The notes beneath the pieces are model-generated. The model was given only the letters and a program-made list of their open reading frames with translations. It searched no databases and had not been told where the DNA came from. From assembly GCA_951406725.2 (NCBI GenBank), contig OX597814.1:119660001-119724000 (forward strand): a stretch of DNA of 64,000 nt, read 5' to 3'. Position 1 is the stretch's first letter. Each line of letters starts with the position of its first letter. Shown one piece after another: positions 39,913 to 55,070 of the stretch. This DNA is from Octopus vulgaris. Taxonomy: Eukaryota. The position numbers were made by a program, and so were the translations under genes.

Positions 39913-41448
39913 AGAGAGATATGAAAACAAAGAAAACATCAAAGAAATAGACAACAGAAGAGGAGCAATATTTCATTTATTATAAGTCGAGTTTACCACT
40001 TAAAAAAGAGAAAGTGTTTCGCACACACATCCAAGATCAGAAGACAAATATAGGAGAAAAAATTTGCCGAAGTTTGTCACAGAAGCAGTAGCTGGAAGAA
40101 GAAAAAAATTAGGGGGCCAGGTGGGTATGCTGTTCTAAAGGAGGAGTTAATGCAGGTGTGGTGGAGGATGTTCACGTACTGGAGTGCATTGGTATATTGA
40201 AATGGGCATATCGAGTGAGGAGTGGTTTATGTATATGATTTTTGAGTATGCTTGTAGAATTGTGTCAAGTGTGGAAGATTCGATTACGTGGGAAGTTGGG
40301 TCATGGATTATGAGTAATATTGTGCCTATTTGAAAGTATTTTCAAAATTAATCTCGTTGGTGGTGTGATAGAGATTTACATTAATGCAAAGAGTGGAAAA
40401 ATTTTGTTCTGGTCTTGAATGTGACATGTATACAGTTTGGAATTTTAAATATTGGTCGTATCTATAAGTGCTTCACCAAGCTCTTCTGTTTTATATTCAA
40501 AGCAAATCGAGGAGCAAGTTTGATATACGTACACTAAGCGTATATTTAGGTCTGAAAAATATTTTTGTTAGTAGTTTGTAATCAACTGGGGAGTTTCCAT
40601 CATATTTGTTCCACATAATACCTTTATGTTGTCAATAATTCAGGTAATATTTTTGGCGATCAGCAAAGAATTTAAGGCCATACATTATACCAACCCCCCA
40701 CCAATACTTATACTAATTAAATTTCACAAAGGTTGTTTGTGCTAATCACTTTATCGTGTTAGCTGCGTAGGAACAAAGTATTGTATCATAAAAGGAAAAC
40801 AATGAAATGGCGTGTAGATTTCTTTATTACTCGATTTATAAGCCTCTGGCAGCTAATAAAGTTCCTGAAGGTGACAAACGAACACACCATACATGATATT
40901 TTAATATTCATTCAAACAAATTATCCAAAGATTATCAAACAACGTCAAGTATTTTAATATAGTAATTCTTTATAGTTATATAGATTTGTGCATTGTAACA
41001 TAGTCATCTTCTGTCCGATGCTAATGTCTTTGTAATTCAAAATTTCAGATAATAGCAGGCAATAAGCAAGTATGGTAATTTGAAGATATAAATTCAGTGG
41101 CTGTATTTGCTGGTTGTATTATTTGTTCAAAAGAGTTTTTTCTCATATTAAAGCTACGACTAATACAACGCTTGAAATATTTCCAAATATATTTATCGTA
41201 TGTACGTGTGTAGTGAGCGTTGAATATTTGATTTCTTTAACAATAATTATCTTTTTATTTATACGTTAGCATATGGTTCAGTGATGAAATGAAATGATAC
41301 AATAACACGTCTCCGTGACTTATAAAGACAGTGCTCATAGAGGTGAGCATATCTCCAATTCCAAATGAAGACTATTTAAAGCTTGGTAACTCTCCTCTGC
41401 CTCCTCCAGAAGAATTGCTTGTAACACTAATAATTTTTTGTTTTCATA

Positions 41449-41657
41449 TACTCTCTTACTTGTTTCAGTCATTTGACTGTGGCCATGATAGAGCATCGCC
41501 TTTAGTCGAGCAAATCGATCCCAGGACTTATTCTTTGTAGACCTAGTACTTATTCTATCGGTCTCTTTTGCCGAGCCGCTAAGTTACGGGAACGTAAACA
41601 CACCAGCATCGGTTGTCAATCGATGTTGGGCGGTTGGACAAACACACACACATTATA

Positions 41658-41711
<54 letters not shown>

Positions 41712-41876
41712 CACGACGGGTTTCTTTCAGTTTCCGTCTACCAAATCCACTCACAAGTCTTTGGTCAGCCCGATGCTATAGTAGAAGACACTTGCGGAAG
41801 GTGCCACGCAGTGGGACTGAACTCGGAACCGTGTGGTTGGTAAACAAGCTACTTACCACACAGCCACTCCTACGCC
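41449..41876 (-). mobile_element. SINE family A, full length
   Basis: Colinear with the 15423-15836 copy. Confidence 0.93.
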
Positions 41877-43718
41877 TCCTACGCTTTATCATATGTTGAT
41901 AATATCATTTAAAATTAATCAAGTATCACTAGCAGACAGTATCCAGCATATTTCCTTTATAAAACGTAGCAAACTACTTAAATTAAAAATTGCGTGGTTC
42001 TATTAAAGCTTATTTTTTTCTCCTGCTTCATCAGCCATAACTAAACCAGAAGGAAACTTCTATTGCACTAGATTTAGTCTTTTACAGATATTGTAGGACA
42101 CACAACTATAACTGAATACGTACAATAAACCAGCAACGCAATTGTGTATACATATATTGTTTTGAACTAGAGAAAGCTCCTCTAACGTATACTGATATTA
42201 AGATTGTCATGAGAAGAATGCTGACGGCAGAATATATGCCAACGAAGCTCTTCAGCTCACAATGAACTTAAGTGAATCATCGTTATTTATAATTAATAGT
42301 ACATATTTGCTCTAATTTTGAGTGAACATTGCCAATATTTTATTGCTGTTTGTTTGATTTAGTTATTGAGTATTTGAAAAATTAGTTGAAAAAAATATAA
42401 TTTCTGCTAGAGCAGTAGGACAAGTTAATCGTTTGTGCATCAATGCTTGAATGATCCTAAAATTACTTCTGAGATTATTTACATTCCAGATAATTCATGC
42501 CATATGAAATCTTAAAATGACTTAAGTTTATACAAATGCATTTATATTAACTGAATATAGTTGAATCAGCTTTATCATAACGGTAACATTCATGTATTAT
42601 AATTCGTTAAAATAACAAAACAATGTAGTAATCATAATAATATCAAATCAAATTTGCAAGAAATGTAGTGAGAATCCTGAAAAATGATGTAAATTAAAGC
42701 TAATTCATAATTCCTAATAACGTATTATTATGTCTTATTTACAGCAAACTACTTCAATTTAATCCTTTCGGGATATTCTAAATTTTATCTACAATTTTAT
42801 ATCGATAAATAATTGAACGTGAAATGAAGTTCATAAATCAAAATAATTTCCTTAATAAACTCCCCAACCTTACGCCATTATTAGGAAAGAATCTTGGCGT
42901 TGTTGCCATTAAGATATCGAAGAGTTCAGGAATTGACATATATGCATTAATTTTAAATTACAAGTATCTTTGAACACTCTCCCTATATCCTTCTCTTCCC
43001 CATCTCTTTCACTTTATATACATATATATATATATATATATGGGAGATTATATCGAAGAGATACTGTGAAAGAAAAGGCATGCAAATTGAAAGTGCATTC
43101 ACAAACTGTTGTAAATTGGCGGTAATTTCACAGTTGCGCATATAGAAAAGTTGATCACCTGAAATTATCAGCGTTAACGATTTAGTTAGAGACAGAGATA
43201 AATCAAGCCAAAACTATTAAGACAATCCCTCAAAAACTAAGGAAGCGTGCATTAGATAGAATTTTAAAAGAATAGAACTTTTCAAAATGGTATTTTCGAT
43301 CGATTTACCACAGTGAATGAGACAAGAAAGAAAAAGAAAATGTTAATTGATAATGAACAGAAAAGTACTCAAATTTAACAGAGATTTGGAAGGATGAAGA
43401 GATGAAAATGTAAATAATATGGGCTTGACTTAAAAATGCATTTGATTGTAAGTGACTGAATGTTTGAGTATTAAATGAATCATTATCAATTGCTATGCAC
43501 TGGCATTTGTAATGTTCTGCATGGAGAAACATGATATTATCTACTTTGAAATCAAAAGGAAACAAATCCGACTCTAAAATATATATTCATTGAAAGATGT
43601 AAAGTGTCACATTACATATTACTCTTTAGAATCAGGTAAAAAATATAATTCATAATATTCTAACACTGGAATCTGCTTTTTTTATATGAGACAAAATCAC
43701 ATTTGTTGTACACATATA

Positions 43719-43909
43719 TACTTTTACCGTTTTAATTGTTTCAGTCAGTTGTCTGCGGCCATGCTGGAGCACTGCCTTCTTTGTAAGCCTAGTACTTATT
43801 CTATCGGTATATTTTGCCAAACCGCTAATCTACAGGGACGTGAACACACTAGCATCAGTTGTCAAGTGATGTTCGGTGGGGGGACAAACACATACACAAA
43901 AACATTTAT

Positions 43910-43942
<33 letters not shown>

Positions 43943-44113
43943 CATATATACGACGGGCTTCTTTCAGTTTCCGTCTACCAAATTCAATCACAAGCCTTTG
44001 GTCGGCCCGAGGCCATAGTAGAAGACACTTGCCCAAGGCGCCAAGCAGTGGGTCAGAACCCAGAACCATGTGGGTGGTAAGCAAGCTACTTATCACACAG
44101 CCACTCCTGCGCC
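43719..44113 (-). mobile_element. SINE family A, near full length
   Basis: Colinear with the other copies, with a small deletion in the tail region. Confidence 0.9.
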
Positions 44114-44239
44114 ATGACACGGCGAGTGGGGAACGACGTGTTTTTCTTGACAAGGACAGTGATCGTTCTCGAAACAATAAAAATACTGGCTCTTGAGTGC
44201 TAAAAAGAATGTTAATTGGTGCTATTTCATTAGTTTTCC

Positions 44240-44562
44240 AAAAAGAATTAAAGTATACATGACCCTAGCGATTTAGATCTTTTTGCATGGGTGTGAGAGC
44301 TGGATTCTGATATTAAATATTGAGCCAAGAACACATGCATTTAACCACAAGTGTTTCAGAAGGCTACTACACATCCGTTACACACAACAGAAAACGAACA
44401 GCTTTGGCAGGCAGCAAGTCAACAAGTACGCTGGTGAACAGGAACACCTCCTTGTACAAGTAAAAAGAAATGCTTGCTTGGAACGGTCAAGTGTCTCGTC
44501 ACAACTCGCCGTCCCAAACCATTCTTAAGGGCAAATATTTAGGAGGGCGGAAGAGAGGCAGA
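44240..44562 (+). mobile_element. RTE-clade LINE C-terminal fragment
   Basis: Encodes LHGCESWIL...HAFNHKCFRRLLHIRY..QKTN and LAWNGQVSRH...TILKG..LGGRKRGR, typical of RTE motifs (YGCESW, WFGHVxR, GxRRRGR). Confidence 0.85.
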
Positions 44563-44669
44563 AAAAATCCTGTACTGTGCAAGTTTAATGAACAACTTTG
44601 CGATGTGAATTCGTGGTTTTGGTTTCTAACCCACTGTGAAGCACGTTTGGAATGTAATTTTACTGTATG

Positions 44670-44848
44670 GGCGTAGGAGTGGTTGTGTGGTTAGTAGCTT
44701 GCTTACCAACCACATGGTTCCGGGTTCAGTCCCACTGCGTGGCACCTTGGGCAGGTGTCTTTTATAGCAGCAGGCAGAGCAAAGTCTTGTGAGTGGATTT
44801 GGTAGACGGAAACTGAAACAAGCCGTCGTATATATGTGTGTATGTATG

Positions 44849-44883
<35 letters not shown>

Positions 44884-45176
44884 ATGTGTGTATGTGTTTG
44901 TCTGTGTTCGCCCCCCCCCAACAAAGCCCGTCTTATATATGTATATATATATGTGTGTGTGTTATGTGTTTTTGTGTCTGTGTTTGTCCACTCCACAACA
45001 TCGCTTGACAACCGATGCTGGTGTGTTTATGTCCCAGTAACTTAGAGGTTCGGCAAAAGAGACCGATATAAGTACTAGGCTTACAAAGAAGAAGTCATAA
45101 GGTCGATATGCTTGACTAAAGGCGGTGCTCCAGCATGGCCACAATCAAATGACTGAAACAAGTAAAAGAGTAAAAG
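44670..45176 (+). mobile_element. SINE family A, full length with internal duplication
   Basis: Head and tail are intact. The AAGCC(C)GTC-microsatellite-TGT..CC module occurs twice (about 44821-44920 and 44924-45000). Confidence 0.92.
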
Positions 45177-48100
45177 TGTATATCCTTGTGTAGAAAATTT
45201 GGCATGAGGAAAATATGTTGAGACAGCTCGTAGGAATGAGCTTTGCTGCTATTGGAGTTAGATGTGTTCTATTGACTAATTTAGATCTTTTATCTGGCAA
45301 AGAGTAGCGTTCAGAAAAGTCTACTACTTTGAGAACATTCGAGTGTAGTCTCTGAACAATCTCATCCGTCATTGAAACAATCATGTATATTACCATCTCT
45401 CCTCTCAATAAAAAATAAAATCACGTTGTACGAAGTAATTGATTCACTCTCCCAGTATGTCGCTCACTCTCTCTTATATGTATAAATGAGTGGAGAGAGA
45501 GAATGAGAGAACGGGAAAGAGAATGAGAGAGAAAAAGAATGAGAAAGAAAGCATAAAGTTCCATGCATATTTTTCTCTATCGATCGAATATATTACTAAC
45601 ACAAATACATTCTACTTCTCTCTTTCTCAATGTTTCTCTTTTAGAAAATGTATTGAAAGATAGTTGATTTGAGAGGTAGAGATGCATTTATACTAATAGA
45701 GTAGCATTAATATGCGAAAAAGTAATTACAATTAAAAGTCAGGATATATGTGCTGAACATGACCAAAGGCCGATGATTATATGTTGTTCTATTCACTAGA
45801 ATTCACCTGATGTTTCATGCTCTAGGGTATATTAGGATTTGGACAGAAATTGGATCGTTTCAGGCAAGAGAAATAAAAATAAATCAAGCCAGGATATTGT
45901 ACTCTTGGGAAATAGTTGGAAGGCAACAGACAAACAACTTGTATCCATAAGGGAGATTTCATTGAAGACATTCGCTTTAGCTGTCATTTATTTGATAAAT
46001 GTCTTCTAGGCTATATTTTTCCTATTCCTAAGATATATTTGGAATGCACTGCAGTTGTCTGCTTTATGTTGCAGTAATTTATAACATAAGAATAAATAAA
46101 TAAAATAATAATGTTACTCCTGACACAATGTTATTTACAATAACAAGAACAAAGTAAAATGGTAATGATTATAAATATTATTATTAGTGTTGTTGTTATT
46201 ATTATTAATGATCACATTATGATTGATGTTGGCGTTTCTTGTCTTGTTTGTTCCATTTTTGCAGTTGTACTTATTAATCTTTTCTCGTTGTAGTTCTTGT
46301 TCAACTAACTTGTGTATTTTGTTCTTAATTCAAAATAATAAAAAAAAAAATTCAGCGATAAGAGAAACAGACAATTTTAAACTAAATGTATCATTAATCA
46401 CACAAGCTATCACTGGAAAAGTTACAAATGACATGTTTTAACATATTTCAACATACAAAAAGAGAACTGCCAAATCCCAAATGTAAAACGATTGACGCAA
46501 CGTTGATGATAAGATCACAATTGCTATATAAGCAGACTTATTTACTGTGAAGCTTGTGTGTATGAATATCTGTCTATATTCTGAAGAAGAAAATTTACTT
46601 GCCATCTCAGGACTATCTCTTGATATGTTGGAGAGAATGAGAGAGGGAGAGTGAGAGTAGGCGCACTTGACAAATGTACAACGTCCCCACGCTAGCGTTT
46701 GGTTTAACTCACGACACACACACAAAGATATTTTAAGAATACTGTTGCACATCTTTTTGCCAACATAAAACCACTTCCCTTGATCCTGATTTTCAAGTTG
46801 TCAATCTCCGTAAGAACAGGAGATGACGTAATCGCTGTCAGTTTAAATATTCCGGTTGCAAATTGGCTCTGAGAGCTAAGGGGTCTTTACTACACATGCG
46901 CATACACACACATACACGTTAACCATTTAAAGTAAGTGCGCGCGCCCCTACACACAAATATGGCTTTATGATTGCTTTATGTTGAATTATGATAAAAACA
47001 ATTTAACTAAATAAATATTTAACAATTTTCTCTATCGTACATATTCATTATACTTTTACAAGTGAAGAGTCACTGTATAATACCATCACCACTCTTCCTG
47101 TGAAAGTAATATGGGAGTTGTTGCTGTTGTTGGAATAATCAAAACGTCCAAAACGCTGCTCTTTTTGATTTATGTCAGAAAAGAAGGAACTTCATCAAAT
47201 CTCTCTATATAGATAGGTTTTAAAAATACACCGTAATAACTCAAACTACACATCCAACGATGCAAGAAGTATATATTAGAATGAAAAGAGAACTCTTAAT
47301 AATTTCATTTAATACTCTTTTAATATATTACTACGACATATTTTGTCGACTTTTGCAAGATCAATGCAGTTCCGGACAAGACATATTGGAAACAGAGCAG
47401 CAAGTGCATCCTTGTCTGAGAGCACCGAAGATGATGCGTTGTAAACACATAGCAATTATAGTTTTCATGATACTGTATATTAATGAGATCGGTTACTATG
47501 GTGATACTTCTGGATATCAATACAATGCTGCCATACATATGATGGCTTTTATATAATAATGTAAAGTCAAATTAAAGATTCACACATCGTCGTGAGGAAA
47601 GATAATATAGTTTAGATTAAGAAAACAAGATATGAATAATGCATATAAACTTAATTCTACAAATTTTCTGTATCAAGAGACAAGGAAATAGGACGAAATT
47701 AAAATATCTCTTCGAAAATGTAAGTAACACGTGCAAAGACATATTACAAACTGAGTCAAACACGGACAGTCTGAGAGGTTACGCAACCTGCTAGAAATAG
47801 TAGCCTAATCACCATTGAATCGCAGTTTACCATCGAACAATTGAAGGAAAAATATAAAAATGTACTCCTTGATAACCTTAGAGTGATAAGTAGTCTATCC
47901 TGGAATAATTTTAATTGTAGATCTCATTGATTGGATGTTTTACTATGAAATAGCCCATGATGAAAATTACATGATCTCATTATGAGATTCTTCACCATTT
48001 TTCATCTATGGACTCCTTTGATAACTATTTTATTTTGGTGAACTCCCATAGCCATTCTGTGTTGAAAGCTAGTTTTGCAGAAACGTTTAAAATTTCCTGT

Positions 48101-48845
48101 TGTTTTTCACACATTATCTTATGTCAATTAAACTATGTAAACTGTTAGAGAAAGAAACCTAGCTGGTTCTTACAATATATATATATATATATATCATTAC
48201 ATACACCTAAAGCAAAATATTTTAAGGGTATTAAAAATACCATTGAGGATTCACAATTTACTATTTTGTGGCGAGGACCCTTAAAATTCTTATACGAACC
48301 CTGGCTGAGAACCTTTGATTTAAAGCAATATTGACCATAGTTTCCAAAATTGCATCTGCATTGTAAATAATGTTTGATGTATAAATAGTTTTATTTAAAT
48401 TTAAATACATGATTGCGTAGAATAACGGTTCATTACTCTTTCATTCGATAACATTTGTAGTTATTTTCAAAAAGCGTGAGTAATCACAGTAACAATAAAA
48501 ATAAAGGAATTCTAGTTAATCATATATATTAGTATAAGTTTACTTCACCAAACCTTAATATTCAACAATTCGTCTCGTGGTCAAAATAATAAAGGTGATC
48601 TGTCGTTGATATCCAATAGTTTTCAATATATAATCCTACATTTTAAAAGGATTCTTAACAGGTGGTAGGGGAAAATTTGTGTTCGAAATGCGTGTTTATC
48701 TATTGAAGGTATCATCACCCTCCCAAAATAAAAAAAAAAGTCTTCTTACAGTTACAAGGTTTAAAGAAATAAAATTTGAAACAGAAACATCTTTAATTGT
48801 TTTGTGTTTTAAAATTCTTATCTGTTTTAAAATTTGCATAAATCA

Positions 48846-49170
48846 TGGCTATGTGGTAAGAAGTTTGCTTCCCAACTACACGGTTCTGAGTTCACTCCCA
48901 CTGCATGACAACTCGGACAAGTGTCTTCTACTATAGCGCCGAGGCCACTGAAGCCTTGTGAATGAATTTGGCAGACAGACAGTGAATGAAGCCTATCGTA
49001 TATATACACCTCTTAGCAGCAATTTCTGGGCTCCATATTCCCTGAACACTAGCGGTTCGGCCAAAGAATTGAACAATAGACTAAGTACTGAGATATATTC
49101 GTTCATCTATGACATTTGAAGGCAGCATCTCAGTATAGCCGCAATCCAATGACTAATACAAGTAAGAGAT
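48846..49170 (+). mobile_element. Older SINE family A copy
   Basis: Contains TGGCTATGTGGTAAG, CAAGTGTCTTCTACTATAGC, AGCGGTTCGGC and CAAGTAAGAG. Confidence 0.8.
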
Positions 49171-51214
49171 AATAAGCTGAAAGATAAATGGTATAATTCT
49201 ACAGTTACAATTTGTCCAAAAAATAATACACTTTGTTAACGCCTTCTCAAAAATCATTGAAATGAACCATAACATTTCTTACGTGATGCTTCGATATTAT
49301 TATATTATTAACAATTCTTTCTACATTTGACACAGGGACAACAATTTGTGGTGAGGTGGGAAGGCAATAGCGTCGACCCCAATGTTCAACTGGTACTTGT
49401 TTCATCGACCCTCGGAACTATGAAATGAAAAGTACACATCGGTTGCATTTTTATAACTCTGCTAAATCCAGTGTTTAGTATAATTATTCATAATAAAGTT
49501 CTAGATATAAATAGTACCGCTAGATTATAATGTGCACAAGTTATGATAATTATAATAACACTCGTACAGAAATAGAATCTAAATCAACATGTTATGTTTA
49601 AATTAATATAGATTTGGACCACTACTTCTAAAAGGAGTTAAATACCCTTTATTTATAACATCTTTAATATATATATGCATATATATGCGTGTGTGTGTAT
49701 AAGCGGTCTTCTTTGTTGATTATTTATAACATAAACTGTAGTTTAATAGATAAACAATGAAATAATTCATGCGAGAGACGAGTCTCTTTCTTTTCTCTCT
49801 TTCTTATTCGTATCTATTCTATATACATTCTATAAATAATTCTTGTTTTGTTCTTTATATATAAAAATCTATACTTCTTGCCTAATATAGTAAATTAGGT
49901 AAATATATTAGATAAAGTGCTTCATATTATTTCTCGGTGCAATGTTTTTTTCTGATTCTGTTTTTGTATTTCCGCCATTAATGTTCTTTTTCGTATACGA
50001 TTTATATATATAAATATTGAGTAATATTTTTGTAAGATCACTTTGAACTATAAAGATCTTGAATTCAAGAAACATTTGATCTTCTAGAAAGTTAGTATAA
50101 AAATGTATAACGATATATTGTACGCTTGAAAATCTCGTGAAGTTTATTGAATTATAATATTCCTTCTTGATTAAGACCATCTCTCACACATATATAAATT
50201 ATTGCATGCAGTTTAAGTTAATTAATAGCCGTTTGTATACCAAAGGACACAGCAACCCACTCGCAGCCATAGAAGATTACAACTTATATTCACCCAAAAT
50301 AAGAGTCTAAATATACCCCATTCTCATGCCATGGAGAATAATAACCAAGCAGACACCCAACAACATCCAAACAGACATCCAACCGTATGCTACATTTTAT
50401 ACACATTCATATTCTCGGGAGTAAACCGTACTGCATGGAAATAAATTGTAGCACATGAGCAAAAATAAAATAGTTTACATTCACAATTTCGAATATGTTA
50501 GGCTGGAGATCAAAAACCTCATTCTTGTAGAAATTATTATTGTTAAAGTTAAACCTGACCATTATGTTAGTTAGAAAATGAATACCCGATTTAAAATTAC
50601 CTAAACTTCTCCGAGGCAAATAAATGTAGATACGGAAACATTTGAGTGTTACTAATAACCTGAACAATTTCCCTCGAATAATGTGAAGCCTAGGAAGGTG
50701 AAGATGAAACGGGAAAATATCATTGTAACTGCGAGATTTTAGTATTCTAAGAAGGGAGACAACCAAGCAGTAAAAATTATCGGCTCAACAGTTGAAATCA
50801 ACTGAAAAGCATTTTCCTCCTTATGTGGCAAGTCATTTAAAGAAAGTTTTGGAATAACAGACAGAATATCTACTGCGAAGATGACTATAGACTCAGGAAT
50901 TAGTTAAAATAATATTAAATATCATGTTGATTGTGACTTCAGATGGAAAAAATTGATACGGGAGAGACAATATCACAAAGAGCCAGCTGGCACCGGTGAA
51001 CGACTATGATTTTCACCATTTGTTTCTATGCTTATGGCGACTTCCCAGCCCGTGGACTGAGCCACATATCCAGTATGTAACTGTTGAATTAATAGACGTC
51101 TGCTTCAGCACCCTTAGCTGATGCTAATTTTCCTCGATGTATAGTGTACCGCCTGAACAACCAAAGTATGAGCCGAACACCTTCATCTCTAGTCACGTGC
51201 CCAGTGATTATATA

Positions 51215-51305
<91 letters not shown>

Positions 51306-51386
51306 GTATATGTATATATATGTATATATATATATATGTATGTATATATATGTATATATATATATATGTATATATATAAATGCAGG

Positions 51387-51536
51387 GTACGTTTAAACAC
51401 ATAAGAGATGGCTATCACAGGACATATGACCCTCTAGAAGGAGTAGTTAAACACCAAACCACTATTCGAGTTTAACTACTCATTCTAGAGGAACAGACGT
51501 CCTGTTATAAGTCATCTCTTATGTGTTTAAATGTAC
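51387..51536. repeat. Imperfect palindrome: about 66-bp arms with a 17-nt loop
   Basis: GTACGTTTAAACACATAAGAGATG...CCTCTAGAAGGAGTAGTTAAAC is inverted relative to GTTTAACTACTCATTCTAGAGG...CATCTCTTATGTGTTTAAATGTAC. Confidence 0.92.
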
Positions 51537-51638
51537 AATGTCTTTTTATATGAATAATATATATTCTATTGACTAGTTTTTTCTTCTCGCTAGAAAACTG
51601 GTAGCAAAAAAATTTAGAAAAATTTTTGCTACCCTGGA

Positions 51639-51681
<43 letters not shown>

Positions 51682-52244
51682 CACATACATACATACATAC
51701 AATTACATGTATATACATGATATCATCCTCCTTCTATTCATCATTATCATCAGCTGACTGCCATTTTCTATGAACACAGTGGGTTCGTCGAGATCCAACG
51801 TCATGTTTGCTTTGGTTTAAAATGCTGGATGCTCTTCCTAAGGCCAATTACAGTCTGTGCAGTTTGCTTTTCTAGTGCTACGGACAATATTGAAATCACC
51901 AAGTAACTTGCAAGACAGAAAGGGACCAAGAAAAGGAAAAAGAAAGGGCCTTTCGATAAAGTTGGGCTGGAGAATTTGAGGTGTGTATGTGTGTGTATGG
52001 AGGGACGTGGCTTTATGCCAGATGGTGAGGGGCTAATATATAATAGACGAACAATCGAGGGAAAACGTGGCCACTCTATATGTTATAAGAATGGGTGGAG
52101 ATGCAGAGGGCCTGAAAATTATGAGTGCGAAACCAATAGCAGATAAGATGGTGACTTTATAACAACGAATGAATAACTCTACCTCTTAGTCTCGAGGGTT
52201 ATTTACTTCTGATGTGTTTGATATTATATAACTGCATTAAGTTG

Positions 52245-52310
<66 letters not shown>

Positions 52311-53242
52311 CTATGTGTCCTTATATGTGTGTATACTTGTTCATATATATATATATATATATATATATAGCTGTGTCCTTATATGTGTGTATACTTGTTC
52401 ATATACATATATATATATATATTTATTTTTTTTGTATCCATACTCTGAATTTCTTATACATTTCCTCCCCTTTGTCAATTTATAATGCTTTTATTCTCCC
52501 ACTGTTGATACGTCTTTTGAACTTGCAGTTATTCCTCCGATAATTTGCCTTGCCTCCTCTTTCATTCTTAGTCTATTTCACATTCATTCATTCTTGATTC
52601 TCTCAATTTCATTTATATTTTTTCTCTTGGAGTTACAGCTATACATTCATGTATTTTAGGTCCTTTCTTTTATTTGCATTGTCGCTTCACATAAGACTTT
52701 GTATATTCATTTAGAATTCTAGAATTCTATTATGATTCCAACATCAATACTATTCTCTTCTAGTCAGGTAATGCTGCAAAATCCGACTTACATTTATCCA
52801 TTAAGTCCCACAGAATTTCAATTTTCAATTTGTTATTTTGAGTGATATGGGGACAATATAGGAATATCAAGCCTCGATCTAATAGGCAGTGTAACTAGCA
52901 AGAAAGACCAGTTAATTATCTTTGTTAATCACATCGTAACTTCTGTATGAATAAAAGACAATTCGGACAATTTAGTTCTCAATAGGCAATGGCAGAGAAA
53001 AATAAATAAAGTAATATTCACAGAAAGAAAACACTTTGTCACACGTCCGCTTGATGATAACAGACCCAACATTAAATGACAGCATTATCAACTTTTACCA
53101 TATCACTACAGCTAATCATAGCAGTTATTTGCGGTCAACGACGTTGTACGTCTTTATATTTTTCTGTCGTTTTATTGTTTTAGCGCCTCTGTCATAAGCA
53201 GTGATTGTTGCCAATAATTTTTACAACATTCACACATAGACG

Positions 53243-53377
53243 TACATACATACATACATACATACATACATACATACATACATACATACATACATACATA
53301 CATACATCTATAAAGGCAGACAGACAGATAGATAGATAGAAAGATAGAGACAGATAGATAGATAGATAGATAGATAT

Positions 53378-53430
<53 letters not shown>

Positions 53431-53475
53431 GACAGATATATAGACAGATAGATAGATATATAGACAGATATATAG

Positions 53476-53526
<51 letters not shown>

Positions 53527-53547
53527 TAGAGAGAGAGAGAGAGAGAG

Positions 53548-53622
<75 letters not shown>

Positions 53623-53627
53623 CAGAC
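53243..53627. repeat. Compound (CATA)n/(GATA)n/(TA)n/(GA)n microsatellite
   Basis: Direct reading. Confidence 0.96.
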
Positions 53628-53862
53628 ACTACATTCCATTAGTATTCTCAACCAACACTCACTCAACTTTATGCTAATGTCATATCTAAGAAGTAGCACT
53701 GAAACTTGGGCAAATATTACTACTACTAGAGCAGTCAGCCGACAGCTATTTATTCGGATGTGCTAGCAACTGTCTGCAAATAGATATACACACACATTCG
53801 CTGCACACATATTTCCTAAGATAATGCATACTTCTGCAGACATATGTATCCATAGATACGTG

Positions 53863-53897
<35 letters not shown>

Positions 53898-54196
53898 ATG
53901 GGTGTGTATGTGTGTATTTATATATGTATTTGTGTATTTATATTATACACATAAGGGGGAAAGAGAAATAGGAAGAGATAGGAAAAATAATAAACTCGTA
54001 ATATATTTTCTCTCTTCCATATATATATATATATATTTATATATAGAAAAAATATATATATTATATAATATATATACATACACAATTTATATATATAATA
54101 TATATATATATACATACATAAATGCATACATACATATATTTGTATTAACGTATCCCTTTCACGCACATATATGCATTATATATTTATATACATGCG

Positions 54197-54265
<69 letters not shown>

Positions 54266-54300
54266 GTGTGAGTATGTGTGTGTGTGCATGCGTGCATGTG
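54197..54300. repeat. (GT)n microsatellite
   Basis: Direct reading. Confidence 0.95.
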
Positions 54301-54667
54301 GCAACGTACACATATCTCAACTTAGGTAATTTGGAATTACATCTGTTTCGGATTTGCCCACCGAACGTATTTAAAACACACAGGAACATATATGCAGATA
54401 CTAGGTAATAATATTTAAAAAAAAATTCTGTTGTGTGACCGAGAGGTAGTTACGTCGTTTTCCGAATTAAGTTGCATATGTCAGGAGCCAATTACTGACG
54501 TAAGTCAAGGTGCGACTGTATTAGCAAGAATATATAAAAAAAGAGTAAATATTTCAGTCTTAGGCAGATAAGTTAATAGCCATCGCATACGCACACTTAG
54601 AATTCGTAAAATCTTTAATATACACACAATTGAGTAATGCATCACCTCAGAGTTTTGCTCTGTAATA

Positions 54668-54723
<56 letters not shown>

Positions 54724-54725
<2 letters not shown>

Positions 54726-54849
54726 CGTAGGAGTGGCTTCCTTACGAACCTTAGTACCTTGGGCAAGTGTCTTCTACTATAGCCTCGGGCCGACCAAATC
54801 TGTGAGTGGATTTGGTAGACGATAACTGAAAGACTCCCATCGTGCATAT

Positions 54850-54882
<33 letters not shown>

Positions 54883-55070
54883 AGCGTATGTTTCTGTGTA
54901 TGTGTTGTCCCCCAACATCGCTTGACAACCGATACTGGTGTGTTTACGTCCCTGTAACTTAGCGGTTCGGGTTAAGGGACCGATAGAATATGTACTAGGA
55001 TTGATTTCATCGACTAAAGGCGGTGCTCCAGCATGGCCACAGTCACATGACTGAAACAAGTAAAAGAGTA
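54724..55070 (+). mobile_element. SINE family A with deletions (B box lost)
   Basis: GGCGTAGGAGTGGC head, CCTTGGGCAAGTGTCTTCTACTATAGCC body, and tail GACTGAAACAAGTAAAAGAGTA. Confidence 0.9.

Noticed and set aside
52308-52410. About 60-bp tandem duplication with (TA)n spacers, superficially array-like
   Set aside because: Two units only, consistent with slippage. Not a CRISPR array, and the context is eukaryotic.
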